64,000 bases of DNA from a virus. Position numbers and translations under genes: made by a program. The notes under the pieces are model-generated. The model was given only the letters and a program-made list of their open reading frames with translations. It searched no databases and had not been told where the DNA came from. Shown here piece after piece: positions 9,727-19,686 of the stretch. Numbering within the stretch: position 1 is the stretch's first letter; each line of letters starts with the position of its first letter. Location: the IMG/VR virus record IMGVR_UViG_3300030117_007745, positions 48,655 through 112,654 of that record. One strand, written 5' to 3'.

Positions 9727-10463
9727 ACAATGCTAACCCCTCGTTTTTGAACAACTTTTGTTGCACACTGATTAGCAAATTTAATTGCATCAACTATGTC
9801 TTTTGTCCGGACATACTCAAAGCACAGGCCGGATACAAATGTGTCTCCTGCTCCTGATGTATCCTTCACTTCAACTGTTGGGACTGAATAGATATTGTTT
9901 TGAAACTCTGAACCGTATTGCCCTTTTGTTAAAATCACTTTTTGCTTAAGGGTGTCTGTAAAATTATCTCGATTGTTCTCGTATTCTTTATGATTTAGCT
10001 TAATAAAATTAAATCCTTCGGCCCAATCAGATAAAAGTCTTTTTGTGTCAATAAAAGTTGTGTGATGCATTCCAGAGATAGCATGCAATACTTCTTCCGA
10101 CATATAACCTTTGTTATAATCAGACACAATCACAGCATCATAATCTTCAAAGTTTATTTCCTGTAGCTGATCCAGTGTCAGGGTTCCGTAAGAATTGTCG
10201 TTTTCATCAACACGCAGGAACATGTGATTTGTTCTGTTGTCCATGTACCTTGTTTTTGTTATTGAGTCGTTGGTAGCGTTGGTAATTAAATCTACTCTTG
10301 CACCCAAAGATAGTAGGTTTCTTTCAACGTTCTTGGCCATACCCCATGTTTCAACTGTATTTATCAGCTTAAAGACAGGGACAGGTGCATCAGGGCACAG
10401 ACGGCTACAATCTCCGTAATGAAATACATCTTTGCAGCTTTCACCAAAAACTAATATTTTCAT
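9723..10463 (-). CDS. rfaE1: RfaE/HldE domain I-like PfkB kinase (heptose-7-P kinase-like)
   Basis: RLCPDAPVPV, SDYNKG, DTSGAGDTF. Confidence 0.8.
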   Translation of the reverse strand: MKILVFGESCKDVFHYGDCSRLCPDAPVPVFKLINTVETWGMAKNVERNLLSLGARVDLITNATNDSITKTRYMDNRTNHMFLRVDENDNSYGTLTLDQLQEINFEDYDAVIVSDYNKGYMSEEVLHAISGMHHTTFIDTKRLLSDWAEGFNFIKLNHKEYENNRDNFTDTLKQKVILTKGQYGSEFQNNIYSVPTVEVKDTSGAGDTFVSGLCFEYVRTKDIVDAIKFANQCATKVVQKRGVSIV

Positions 10464-11467
10464 CGAGTTAAGAACCTTCTACCAGTTTTTATTTGTTGTC
10501 TCCAATATTCTAACAGATCTTTCATTGTTTTGTCAAATGAAATTTCAGGCTCCCACCCAGTATGCTCTTTAAACTTTGATGTATCAGGCACCTGAAGATC
10601 TGCATCAATTGGTCGAAGGCGATCAGGGTCGATCTCTACCTTAATATCTTTGACGGTAGATAATGATATAAGATGTTCTAACATTTCTCGAACAGTGCAG
10701 GTGTAAGACCCTCCAATGTTATAGTACTCTCCAGCTTGTGGATTCTCTGTAACCAATAAATAATAAGCTCGCACCGCATCTCTAACATCAGACCAAGTTC
10801 TAAGTGAATCTAAGTTTCCAACCTTAATAACAGGAGGTATCAAGCCTTCCTCAATCATTGCAATTTGCTTTGCAAATGTTGACTCTGCAAAAACATCTCC
10901 TCGTCTTGGCCCTGTGTGAGTAAACATTCTGGTTGTCATCACTGTCATACCATATGCTTCTCCATAGAAGCGGCCAACCAAATCTGTGCCGACTTTGGAA
11001 ATTGCATACGGAGAAGCTGGATGAAACGTTATGTCTTCGTGAATTGGCAAAAACTCTTTTGGCACTCTTCCAAACACTTCTGAAGATGCACAAACATGCA
11101 CCACTGGATTTTGTCCGAGAACTCTGATTGCTTCTAAAACCTTTGCAGTACCAAGCACATTTGTCTCTAGCGTTTCTAGCGGAGCAGAAAAGCTTGTCTT
11201 TGGATAACTTTGTGCTGCCAAGTGAAATACATAATCAGGCTTTGATTCCTCAAAGCATGTTATCAGCGAGGCCAAATCATTAATGTCAGCATTTAAAAGA
11301 TGTACCCTTTCTTTATTGTTGATTAAGGGCATAAGGTGCTCAATGTTATCCATCTTATCATTCCATCGAACTAATCCATAAACTTCCCAGTCCGTATTCT
11401 CAAGTAGATAATCGGCTAGATGAGAGCCAACCATACCAGTGATTCCAGTGATTACTGCTTTTTTCAT
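10460..11467 (-). CDS. GDP-sugar 4,6-dehydratase, WcbK/DmhA (GDP-heptose)-like
   Basis: GITGMVGS, HLAAQSYPKTSF, SSEVFG, SPYAISK, THTGPRR, GNLDSLR; recalled close resemblance to Campylobacter WcbK. Confidence 0.8.
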   Translation of the reverse strand: MKKAVITGITGMVGSHLADYLLENTDWEVYGLVRWNDKMDNIEHLMPLINNKERVHLLNADINDLASLITCFEESKPDYVFHLAAQSYPKTSFSAPLETLETNVLGTAKVLEAIRVLGQNPVVHVCASSEVFGRVPKEFLPIHEDITFHPASPYAISKVGTDLVGRFYGEAYGMTVMTTRMFTHTGPRRGDVFAESTFAKQIAMIEEGLIPPVIKVGNLDSLRTWSDVRDAVRAYYLLVTENPQAGEYYNIGGSYTCTVREMLEHLISLSTVKDIKVEIDPDRLRPIDADLQVPDTSKFKEHTGWEPEISFDKTMKDLLEYWRQQIKTGRRFLTR

Positions 11468-12252
11468 TTGTTTTTCTCCGCGTCATAACGATCTAAAAGG
11501 CGGCGTTGTGCAGTGAATCCGGGCCAGAATGGCTCTTTTTCTTTAATATACACTGAGTATATTGTTCTACGCCATCGTGTTGGATGCATATTCTTGTCAG
11601 CTTTATGAAGTAATAAGCCATTAACTACAAGAATATCTCCTGCATTGTACTTTAATTGTTTTGTTGGTAGCTCATCAGAAAGTATATTTCCATCAGAATC
11701 TCTATAATCACTTAACTTCTTAGCATCTCCAATGGGCGCAACCTGAACTATTCGACCCTCTTCGTCACGAGAAAAATTTGGGCTTGGATCAAAAGACAGC
11801 ATTCCAAACTTATGACTTTTTGGTACGACAATTAAAGATCCGTTTGTCTCATCTGCGTCGTCTACAATTATAGCCAAGTTTATGTAATTGTTCCCGTTTG
11901 GGGCCATTGGGGCAAAGTTATCTTGATGCCATATAGAACCATACTCCAATGGATTACTCGGCTTACAGAAAAAAGTAGTCGAGGCTATTGGAATTGCGCG
12001 GCCTTTACATATTGCATCACCAATATCACACATCTTCTTTCCCCTGTGTGCCTGTTTGATGCTTTTATGAAAATGCATATCTAAGCGAACCGTAAAGTGT
12101 CCATTAGCAGCGTCGTCCAAGTCTTTTCTGATGATGTCTACTTCTTCGCTGTTCCACACCTGTGGGATTAGCAAGTACCCATTTTCCTCATAAAAATCGA
12201 GCTGATCTGGACTTAGTTCATACGAGTCCATATGTGTCCTTAATTCACTCAC
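11464..12252 (-). CDS. Phytanoyl-CoA dioxygenase family 2OG-Fe(II) oxygenase
   Basis: FYEENGYL, WHQD, NGSLIVVPKSH, distal His, and RR motif. Confidence 0.8.
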   Translation of the reverse strand: MSELRTHMDSYELSPDQLDFYEENGYLLIPQVWNSEEVDIIRKDLDDAANGHFTVRLDMHFHKSIKQAHRGKKMCDIGDAICKGRAIPIASTTFFCKPSNPLEYGSIWHQDNFAPMAPNGNNYINLAIIVDDADETNGSLIVVPKSHKFGMLSFDPSPNFSRDEEGRIVQVAPIGDAKKLSDYRDSDGNILSDELPTKQLKYNAGDILVVNGLLLHKADKNMHPTRWRRTIYSVYIKEKEPFWPGFTAQRRLLDRYDAEKNK

Positions 12253-13198
12253 TACAGTTCTCCTGATACCACTTGATTGTTTTTTCCAAACCTCTCCCTA
12301 AAGTATGGGCTGGCTTCCAATCAAGCTCTTTCTCTGCTTTTGTGCAATCTAAAAATAAAGATGTTGGCACAGTCGGCTTTGTTAAATCGTGCCTAATCGC
12401 AAGATCTCTACCAGAGCATTGTATCACTTTCTCAACCAAATTTTTAATTTTTATTCCCTCTCCTAAGCCCACATTGTAAAGCTCATAGTTGCCTTCTTGC
12501 TTCGATAGAGCAGCCTCTATAAAAGAGATAAAATCTTCTACGTACAGCAAATCTCTTGCTTCTTCGCCTGTTCCCCATACATTAACAAGCCCATCCTGAG
12601 ATGTCATTACCTTAGTGATTGTTGCCCCTGTAACATGAGACTTCTCCAAATCGTACTTATCGTAGGGGCCATATAGATTAGAATGCCTGATCACTGTGTG
12701 CTTTGTTTTTCCAAAGCCAGCATAAAATTTACACATGTTCTCCAAGTATACCTTTGTGTGGCCTGCTCCGTAATAAAAAGGCAGAATATCATCTGATGGG
12801 TTGTAGTCACTTTCCTTTAAGGCTTTTTCTGATTTTTGGTACATTATTGTACAACTAGGGAAAATGAAATGCTCTATACCTTGCTCAAATGCCTCTCGTA
12901 AAAGATATGAATTCATTACAACATTGTCTGTTACGTGGATGTATGGCTTAGAAACAATATCTTTGGCTCCAGTTGTTGTGGCAGCAAACTGCATAACAAT
13001 ATCCACGTCTTTAAGAATATTTGATACCTGCTTTGGATCGCGCAGATCACACTGCACCCATTCGACATCTGCATATTCAGATAACGCTGGTCTTTTGAAG
13101 TGAGTGGCCCTAATTTTATATTTGTTAGTCTTAGAATAAAAATCTAATAAGTTTTTTCCTATAAACCCTGTTGCTCCACAAATCAAAATTCTTTTCAT
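12245..13198 (-). CDS. NAD-dependent epimerase/reductase (GDP-fucose synthase-like)
   Basis: GATGFIG, NLYGPYD, VWGTGEEARDLLYV. Confidence 0.8.
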   Translation of the reverse strand: MKRILICGATGFIGKNLLDFYSKTNKYKIRATHFKRPALSEYADVEWVQCDLRDPKQVSNILKDVDIVMQFAATTTGAKDIVSKPYIHVTDNVVMNSYLLREAFEQGIEHFIFPSCTIMYQKSEKALKESDYNPSDDILPFYYGAGHTKVYLENMCKFYAGFGKTKHTVIRHSNLYGPYDKYDLEKSHVTGATITKVMTSQDGLVNVWGTGEEARDLLYVEDFISFIEAALSKQEGNYELYNVGLGEGIKIKNLVEKVIQCSGRDLAIRHDLTKPTVPTSLFLDCTKAEKELDWKPAHTLGRGLEKTIKWYQENCSE

Positions 13199-13776
13199 TT
13201 CTTTCTCCCGTCCAGTATTAGCTCTTCTTTCTTTTCTATGAAAGCATTGTAGATCTTATCAACGACCATATCAATGTCCATAGCATTAACTCTATCTGGA
13301 GTTGTCTTTATGTTCGTGGGATACACATCTAATACCTGAATATTGTTTTCTTTTTTGAAACTATTTGAAAACCCTCGAAGGCCCCACTTAGTAGCAGAAT
13401 ACAGAGTTCTGGGTGTCTTTACTTCTAATCCTACCATCGAGTTTATATTTATAACCCCTTTAAGATTTTTCAATAATCTCTTGGTTAAAAGAACTGGGGC
13501 CTTTAAATTAACTTCTATCATGGAATTAATTAAATCATCTTCATATTCTTCCAAAGGAATGTTCGGACAGACAATCGCAGCGTTATTAACCAACACATTT
13601 ACCTGTAGTCTGTTGGCCTCTTGAGATAGTTTCTTAACCTCATCTGCATTTGTCAGGTCGTAATGTTTCCTTCCTTCGTGCCGAAAAACAAAATGGCCCT
13701 CGTTTTCAAATTTATTAGCTAAATGAAAACCAAGGCCAGAAGAGCATCCAGTTATTAAAATTCTAAACTTATTCAA
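13195..13776 (-). CDS. Short-chain dehydrogenase/reductase
   Basis: TGCSSGLG, VNNA, YSATK. Confidence 0.8.
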   Translation of the reverse strand: MNKFRILITGCSSGLGFHLANKFENEGHFVFRHEGRKHYDLTNADEVKKLSQEANRLQVNVLVNNAAIVCPNIPLEEYEDDLINSMIEVNLKAPVLLTKRLLKNLKGVININSMVGLEVKTPRTLYSATKWGLRGFSNSFKKENNIQVLDVYPTNIKTTPDRVNAMDIDMVVDKIYNAFIEKKEELILDGRKK

Positions 13777-14748
13777 TTATTTCTCCAATAATTTAAAAAC
13801 ATCCTTACCAGAGTCTGCCACTGCTTTATTCTCTAGGTACCATTGAATTGTTTCCTTCACACCCTCTTCAATTGAAATTTGAGGCTGAAATCCATAAGAC
13901 TTTGCCCTTTCCATATCGAAGACCCTCCTGTGATCGCCTGTCGGCTTGGAGGTATCCCACTCTATTTCTACGTTTGCTTCGGCTGCTACAGCTTCAGCAA
14001 TTCTTTTAATGCTAATTTCATCACCTGATCCGAGATTAAGCGGCTCTGTTATTTTGTTTTCAACTGCAAAAACCATTCCTCGTGCAACATCTCTAGCATG
14101 GATAAAATCCCGAATAGAAGATCCATCTCCCCACACTTCTAGAGTATTATTACTAAAGGCTTTTCTTATAAGAGAGGGAATCACCATTGCACTATCTAAA
14201 TCAAAATTATCATGAGGGCCATATACATTTGCAGGCCTAACAATGCTGCACTTTCCTTCGCCATATTGCTTTTGGTATGCCTGACATTGAAGCTCGCCCA
14301 TTCTTTTTGCCCAACCGCCGAACCAATCATTTCTTGACGGCTGTGTTTGCCATACATCATCCTCTCTTAGTACCTCTGCTGGCTGATATACTCCAACAGT
14401 GCTTGTATACAAATACCACTCTACATTGTGATACATGGCCGCTTCTAGCATATTTGTGTTAAACTGCATCATTGGTCCCATGATTTTTGCCGGCTCTTCA
14501 ATGCAGACGCGAGGTGAACATTTGATGCCAACTAAATTAAAAACATAGTCCATTCCCTCACAAATTTTTAAACACGAAGAGTATTCTCTTAAGTCTACTT
14601 TGACAAATGTGACCTTTTCTTTTAAATCTTCTGGCTGTTTTAAGTCTGCAACATGAACATCTGCACCTTTGTCTAAAAGAATCGTTACCAGTTCACGGCC
14701 GATCATTCCTGCTCCGCCTGTTACTAATACTTTTTTATTCTCAAACAT
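13777..14748 (-). CDS. NAD-dependent epimerase/reductase (Fcl/ColC-like)
   Basis: TGGAGMIG, RPANVYGP, VWGDGSSIRDFIH. Confidence 0.8.
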   Translation of the reverse strand: MFENKKVLVTGGAGMIGRELVTILLDKGADVHVADLKQPEDLKEKVTFVKVDLREYSSCLKICEGMDYVFNLVGIKCSPRVCIEEPAKIMGPMMQFNTNMLEAAMYHNVEWYLYTSTVGVYQPAEVLREDDVWQTQPSRNDWFGGWAKRMGELQCQAYQKQYGEGKCSIVRPANVYGPHDNFDLDSAMVIPSLIRKAFSNNTLEVWGDGSSIRDFIHARDVARGMVFAVENKITEPLNLGSGDEISIKRIAEAVAAEANVEIEWDTSKPTGDHRRVFDMERAKSYGFQPQISIEEGVKETIQWYLENKAVADSGKDVFKLLEK

Positions 14749-15898
14749 TGTTTAACCTCTTGCAAAGCTCTAAAATCTGCTCTTCTCTAAGCTCGGGGTG
14801 ATTTCCTATGTAAAGTCCGTAGTCTTGTATGTAATCAGAAACTTCCAACTTTCCAACTACCTTATGATCGTATCTTTCAAGGTATGGCTGCCTAGCTTGG
14901 TTGCCGCCGCCTGCCGTGCCGAGACGATATTCTACCTTTTCTTCTTCCAAAATCTCACAAACTAGCTTAATTTTATCGTTATCTTTTGTTAAGATCAAAG
15001 GTAGTGCATAATTGCTGCTACCCTCTACATTATACTCTGTATAATACAACATATTGTCCAAGTTTGTCAACCAAACATTTAGATTTTCTTGCCTTTTTTC
15101 AATATTATAATCAAGACGTTGGATCTGTTCGAGTCCCAAAACTGCATTAATCTCGCTTGATCGCATGTTATATCCCGGTACTGCAAAAGTAAACAGCGGA
15201 TTTACATCTGGCTTTGCGTATTTCTCATGTGTTTCTTGGCTAGCTTCCCTTGTCATACCATGAGACCTAAACATTCGCGCCAACTGATAAATTTCTTCGT
15301 TATTTGTGCAAAGCATGCCACCTTCAATTGTTGTCATGTGATGTCCAAAATAGAAAGAAAAACAAGACATATCTCCGTAAGAGCCCACTTTCTTGTCTTT
15401 GTATGTTGCTCCATGAGATTCGCAACAATCCTCAATTAAAATCAAATCATGCTCTTTTGCCAACTCAATAATCTTATCGTTAATTCCATTAAATCCCAAA
15501 GCATGAACAAGAACTATAGCTTTTGTATTCTCATTTATTGCTTTTTTTATGTTTTCATAGGAAATAGCCATTGTATCCAAATCAACGTCTACAAAAACAG
15601 GCAAGAAACCAGTGTTTATTACTGAAGAAATGTCAGACACCCAGCCGATTGGAGGCACAATAATTTCCCCTTTTTGACCTTTTAATTCTCTTACAATAGA
15701 TGTTGTTATGTAGTTGGACGCTGCTCCAGATCCAACCATTACACTATACTTCACGCCAAGCCATTCGGACCACTTTTTTTCAAACTCTTTTACTTTTGGA
15801 CCGTTTGTGAAGCGGTTAGTGTTCAAAACAAAGTCTGCGAGGGCTCTCTTGTCATCATTTGTTATATTATCGTTAATTAATGGCCAATCAAACACCAC
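14741..15898 (-). CDS. DegT-family PLP enzyme, ColD/RfbH-type 3-dehydratase
   Basis: EDCCESHG; SFYFGHHMTTIEGG has His in place of the Schiff-base Lys. Confidence 0.8.
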   Translation of the reverse strand: MVFDWPLINDNITNDDKRALADFVLNTNRFTNGPKVKEFEKKWSEWLGVKYSVMVGSGAASNYITTSIVRELKGQKGEIIVPPIGWVSDISSVINTGFLPVFVDVDLDTMAISYENIKKAINENTKAIVLVHALGFNGINDKIIELAKEHDLILIEDCCESHGATYKDKKVGSYGDMSCFSFYFGHHMTTIEGGMLCTNNEEIYQLARMFRSHGMTREASQETHEKYAKPDVNPLFTFAVPGYNMRSSEINAVLGLEQIQRLDYNIEKRQENLNVWLTNLDNMLYYTEYNVEGSSNYALPLILTKDNDKIKLVCEILEEEKVEYRLGTAGGGNQARQPYLERYDHKVVGKLEVSDYIQDYGLYIGNHPELREEQILELCKRLNNV

Positions 15899-16793
15899 AT
15901 ACCTCCCTTACTTTAGCCTCAATTTCACTTGCATTCGGCGGCAAGTTGTCCACTGTTGGGTAAAATCCTGCTGTTCGATGTCTTAAGCAGAATGTTCTCA
16001 CCCTCTTATCCACATCCATCATCATTTGGTGGGCGATGCTACTTGCGGCACCCTCTTCATAGTCATCATCTAGCACAATTCCTCCATGTTTTGAGGAGGA
16101 TAGAGCTTTTTTCCAGTCTTCTTTGAAATCAAACGGCTTGATCCACAGTTGGTGGATTACATTAACTTTTAGGCCCATAGACTCCAAGTTTTTAGATGCC
16201 TCTTGAGCGGCAAATCTGGTAATGGAAATAGGGAACAATGTGATATCGGCATCTTCATGTACGATATTCTCTAGTTCCTCTGTGTTATCATAGCTTTTTC
16301 TATGCTCTGAAATGTAATATACATCATCTTCTTTCATAAACTGATCGTATGCATACTGCCATTCTACTGGCGTCATTGGGGAAATAATTTTTGCTCCGGG
16401 CATTCTCTGGTAGATTGAGTGGTGTGATGATCCAGCAACGGGGCCGATGCCACCTTCCATTGCAATACTTCTTATGAATAGGGGGCATGGGCGTTGCCAA
16501 ATTTCCTTTGATTTCATAGCATAGTTTGCGATGATTGGCGAATTGTACCATTGGAAACCTTGATACCTGACTACATAGAAGGGCCTTTCGCCAGCCAGTG
16601 CAGCGCCAACAACGATACCAGAGCCGGCAACGTCAGCCATTGATAGCTCAACCATTCCATCTTCTTCGTATAGTTCTGGCAGAGTACCCCCAACCCAACC
16701 AACTGCTGTGAGGCACTGGCCGTAGCACTTGGATCCCCCTTTCAGGTGTTCTCTGGTGATGTCTTTTATTGTTTGTCTAACTGTTTTTGCCAT
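15888..16793 (-). CDS. TPP-dependent E1 beta / transketolase C-terminal-like subunit
   Basis: Pyrimidine-binding-like motifs (GAALAGERP, SSHH); paired with the alpha subunit. Confidence 0.7.
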   Translation of the reverse strand: MAKTVRQTIKDITREHLKGGSKCYGQCLTAVGWVGGTLPELYEEDGMVELSMADVAGSGIVVGAALAGERPFYVVRYQGFQWYNSPIIANYAMKSKEIWQRPCPLFIRSIAMEGGIGPVAGSSHHSIYQRMPGAKIISPMTPVEWQYAYDQFMKEDDVYYISEHRKSYDNTEELENIVHEDADITLFPISITRFAAQEASKNLESMGLKVNVIHQLWIKPFDFKEDWKKALSSSKHGGIVLDDDYEEGAASSIAHQMMMDVDKRVRTFCLRHRTAGFYPTVDNLPPNASEIEAKVREVCGV

Positions 16794-17599
16794 GCTCTTT
16801 CCACTTTAATTTTAGTTTCATTGTGAATTTTATCAGCGATATCACCAAGCTTAGACATCTCGTGCTCATACCTATCAAAGGTATTTGGATCATCAATGCC
16901 AGCGCCAGAGTGCCAATATTTCCTATGGGTGTTTACATTCAATAACATTGGCTTTTCAAAAACATTCTCTAGACACTTCTTAATCTCTAGCGGATCGTCA
17001 GAGGTTTGCATGCCCTCCATTCCAAAAGCTTTTGCTACATCATCCATTTCCCACTTTCTTCTTACTCTTTTTTCTGTCAAGATAGAAAGATTATTGTCCT
17101 CGACAATGAAAAGTATAGGCAAGTTTTTAGTAGAAGCCCACCCCATAGCGCCCAAAACATAATCTTCTTCGGCGGAGGCGTCACCCATATAAACAATTGT
17201 TGGATGCTTTGTTTTATAACAATGACCAACGGCAATCGGTACTTGACTACCCATAAGGCCATCGTGTCCATAAATATTTTTTACTTTAGATTGTATAGAA
17301 GCAGAACCCCCCATGCCATGAGCACACCCTGTTTTTCGACCTAACAATTCATCAATTAGCTCCTCAATAGGTGCTTTAAAGGACAAGTAAGTTGAGTGCC
17401 CTCGATGCTGAATAAATATGTTTGGTTGGATATTCTTCTCTGACATGACCTCTGCAATAGAAGCAGAGATATATTCTTGTCCTGCTGATAAATAAATTGG
17501 AAACTTAAACATTTTATTTTGAATGCCTTCAAAAACGTATTGCTCAAAGTTTCTGTTTAAAGATGCCCTCTTAAAAACATTTACTCTATAATCTTGCAT
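16766..17599 (-). CDS. TPP-dependent dehydrogenase E1 alpha-like subunit
   Basis: YLSAGQE, HRGH, GMGGS, GDA...EDNN TPP motif. Confidence 0.8.
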   Translation of the reverse strand: MQDYRVNVFKRASLNRNFEQYVFEGIQNKMFKFPIYLSAGQEYISASIAEVMSEKNIQPNIFIQHRGHSTYLSFKAPIEELIDELLGRKTGCAHGMGGSASIQSKVKNIYGHDGLMGSQVPIAVGHCYKTKHPTIVYMGDASAEEDYVLGAMGWASTKNLPILFIVEDNNLSILTEKRVRRKWEMDDVAKAFGMEGMQTSDDPLEIKKCLENVFEKPMLLNVNTHRKYWHSGAGIDDPNTFDRYEHEMSKLGDIADKIHNETKIKVERAWQKQLDKQ

Positions 17600-17605
17600 G
17601 TAACC

Positions 17606-17995
17606 TCAAAAGTTTTCATTTAAATATTTTAGAGTGTCTTTCCAATTTTGAAAATGATACCCCTTGTCATCGATATAAATTTGGGAGCGTGGCTTTTCTG
17701 AAGTTATATCTGAAACATACTGCATAACATTATGTTTTTCAAGCCACTCTTGAACCAACTCAGTCCCCGTTTTTCCATTGACTAATGGCCTAGATGGCTT
17801 GGCTTTAGCTGTAAAAATAATTATATTATAATTTTCTGATAGGGTTTTTATAGCTTGAAGCGACCCCTTGATTGGATCGCCATAACAAGTTCCATCGTGA
17901 TATCCCTTATCAAAATTGTGAATTACTCCATCAAAATCAATAGCAAGATTGTTTGCATCTTTTTCAAAACCGGGAGGATAATCTTTTGCAGTCAT
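17606..17995 (-). CDS. HAD-superfamily phosphatase
   Basis: IDFDGVI, KP, YIDDK. Confidence 0.75.
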   Translation of the reverse strand: MTAKDYPPGFEKDANNLAIDFDGVIHNFDKGYHDGTCYGDPIKGSLQAIKTLSENYNIIIFTAKAKPSRPLVNGKTGTELVQEWLEKHNVMQYVSDITSEKPRSQIYIDDKGYHFQNWKDTLKYLNENF

Positions 17996-18657
17996 TATTC
18001 AAACACCATTACAATTGTTTCTATTTTAACCTTGTTAAATACTTTTGTCAACTCTTTTATTACTTTGCTTGAAACAATATCGCCGGGGCCAGCTACATTA
18101 ATACCATATTCAGTTACAATTCCGCCCTTTAAAAACATTATGTTTTTGTTGTCGTCTAAATTGTCAAAAAACTTTATATCTTCTATGTTGCAAACTCGAA
18201 GGGTTGCTTGACCAGACTTATATATGTTTTCTTGTCCAATCAAAGGCTCTTCAATCTTTAAGCACTCTTCAAGTTTTGGATATTCATAGCTAACATCTTC
18301 GTATGGCTTTCCCTCTCGACCATAGCTGTCTTTGAGTCTGACTAAATCAAATTTATCTACGGGAGTTTCTATTTCAAATAAGCTAATGCCATCTTTACTT
18401 GTCGCTTTTGTAGAATGAAAGAGGCCTTTTCTTATCATAATTTTATGATTCGGATTAAGAACAAACGAATCACTTATAAAAGAAACCTCTGCTGTACCCT
18501 CCAACAAGATAAGACCAGTTGTTTTATTGGGGTGACAATGCATTGACGTGCTGTGTTGATTTTTTATATGCAAAAACCACAAGGCACAATGTTCGTTTTC
18601 ATAAGCAACATATTCATATCCCCATGGCTTTTTAACAATATTGTCAAACTTTCTCAC
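17995..18657 (-). CDS. Cupin-fold protein (mannose-6-P isomerase-like)
   Basis: KPWGYE, TSMHCH, DLVRLKDSYGR. Confidence 0.7.
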   Translation of the reverse strand: MRKFDNIVKKPWGYEYVAYENEHCALWFLHIKNQHSTSMHCHPNKTTGLILLEGTAEVSFISDSFVLNPNHKIMIRKGLFHSTKATSKDGISLFEIETPVDKFDLVRLKDSYGREGKPYEDVSYEYPKLEECLKIEEPLIGQENIYKSGQATLRVCNIEDIKFFDNLDDNKNIMFLKGGIVTEYGINVAGPGDIVSSKVIKELTKVFNKVKIETIVMVFE

Positions 18658-18660
18658 AAA

Positions 18661-19200
18661 TTACTTGCCTCTTTCCTCAAGTGTCTGATATCCGGTCCTC
18701 ATCCATTCTCCCATGAAATCATAGTGAGGGGAGGAGACTATATTGCTATCGACTACAACTGGGCCACGATGGTAAGTTGCTCCAGCATTATTAATATCTG
18801 CTTCAATGGCATAATAACCAGAAACAGTTTTTCCCCTAATAACGTCTGCTGTGATTAGCAACTGTGCGCCGTTACACAAGGAGAAAATAGTTTTATCCAA
18901 CTCATTCCATTCGCGAACAAACTGCACTACACCCTCTTCTAGTCTTAACTTTTCCAGTGCTTTGACTCCTCCGGGAACAACCAGCAGATCATATTCTAAG
19001 TATTTTTTTCTGTTTTCGGCGTCGTTGAAATCGGTTGTTAACACATCGCCCACCATGTGGCAGCCCAAAATACCATAAAATCTACCTAATTGATTTGCAA
19101 CAATAGTAACTTCAAAGTTGTTTTCCTTTAGGCTATGGTACGGGTAAATCACCTCGTGGTCTTGAAAGCCTGCATATGTCAGAATAAGTGCTTTTTTCAT
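18661..19200 (-). CDS. DJ-1/PfpI family protein
   Basis: FQDHE, VPGG, SLCNGAQLL nucleophile elbow. Confidence 0.8.
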   Translation of the reverse strand: MKKALILTYAGFQDHEVIYPYHSLKENNFEVTIVANQLGRFYGILGCHMVGDVLTTDFNDAENRKKYLEYDLLVVPGGVKALEKLRLEEGVVQFVREWNELDKTIFSLCNGAQLLITADVIRGKTVSGYYAIEADINNAGATYHRGPVVVDSNIVSSPHYDFMGEWMRTGYQTLEERGK

Positions 19201-19209
19201 TGTTTCTCC

Positions 19210-19686
19210 TTATTTATCTCTTAACTGAAGTATTGGCTTATCTATAGGCCAGTTTATATTAATATCTTTGTCATTCCACTTTATTGTGAATTGCTGATCT
19301 ACATCCGGATATTCTCCTTCGTAAGACCATTTGTAATGGAACACGGAGTTTTCTGATAATACCAAAAACCCATTCCCTACTCCGGGCGGTACTAGTACTT
19401 GTTTTCTAGTTTTATCATTTAAGATTAGCCAGTCCCATTGCTTGTATGTTGAGGAATCAGGCCTGTTATCAACAACCACAAAATATATTTCTCCATGTAA
19501 ACATGTTATAAGCTTGTGTGATTTACGATCTCCATGGATGCCGCGTAGAACGTTCTTTCTGCTAGTTGAAACCTTGTCATGATTAAATTCTAAATCATGA
19601 TCCCCAGATTTCCACAAAGTCCAAAGATCTCCCCTGTAGTCTACAAAGACATCCGGTTCGATAACTTTGACATCATGAATTTTCAT
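19210..19686 (-). CDS. rfbC: dTDP-4-dehydrorhamnose 3,5-epimerase family
   Basis: DYRG, NVLRGIH, VVVDNR, WND. Confidence 0.8.
   Translation of the reverse strand: MKIHDVKVIEPDVFVDYRGDLWTLWKSGDHDLEFNHDKVSTSRKNVLRGIHGDRKSHKLITCLHGEIYFVVVDNRPDSSTYKQWDWLILNDKTRKQVLVPPGVGNGFLVLSENSVFHYKWSYEGEYPDVDQQFTIKWNDKDININWPIDKPILQLRDK

Noticed and set aside
15888-17599. Pyruvate dehydrogenase as a central-metabolism auxiliary gene
   Set aside because: No E2/E3, divergent sequences, and embedded among deoxysugar genes.
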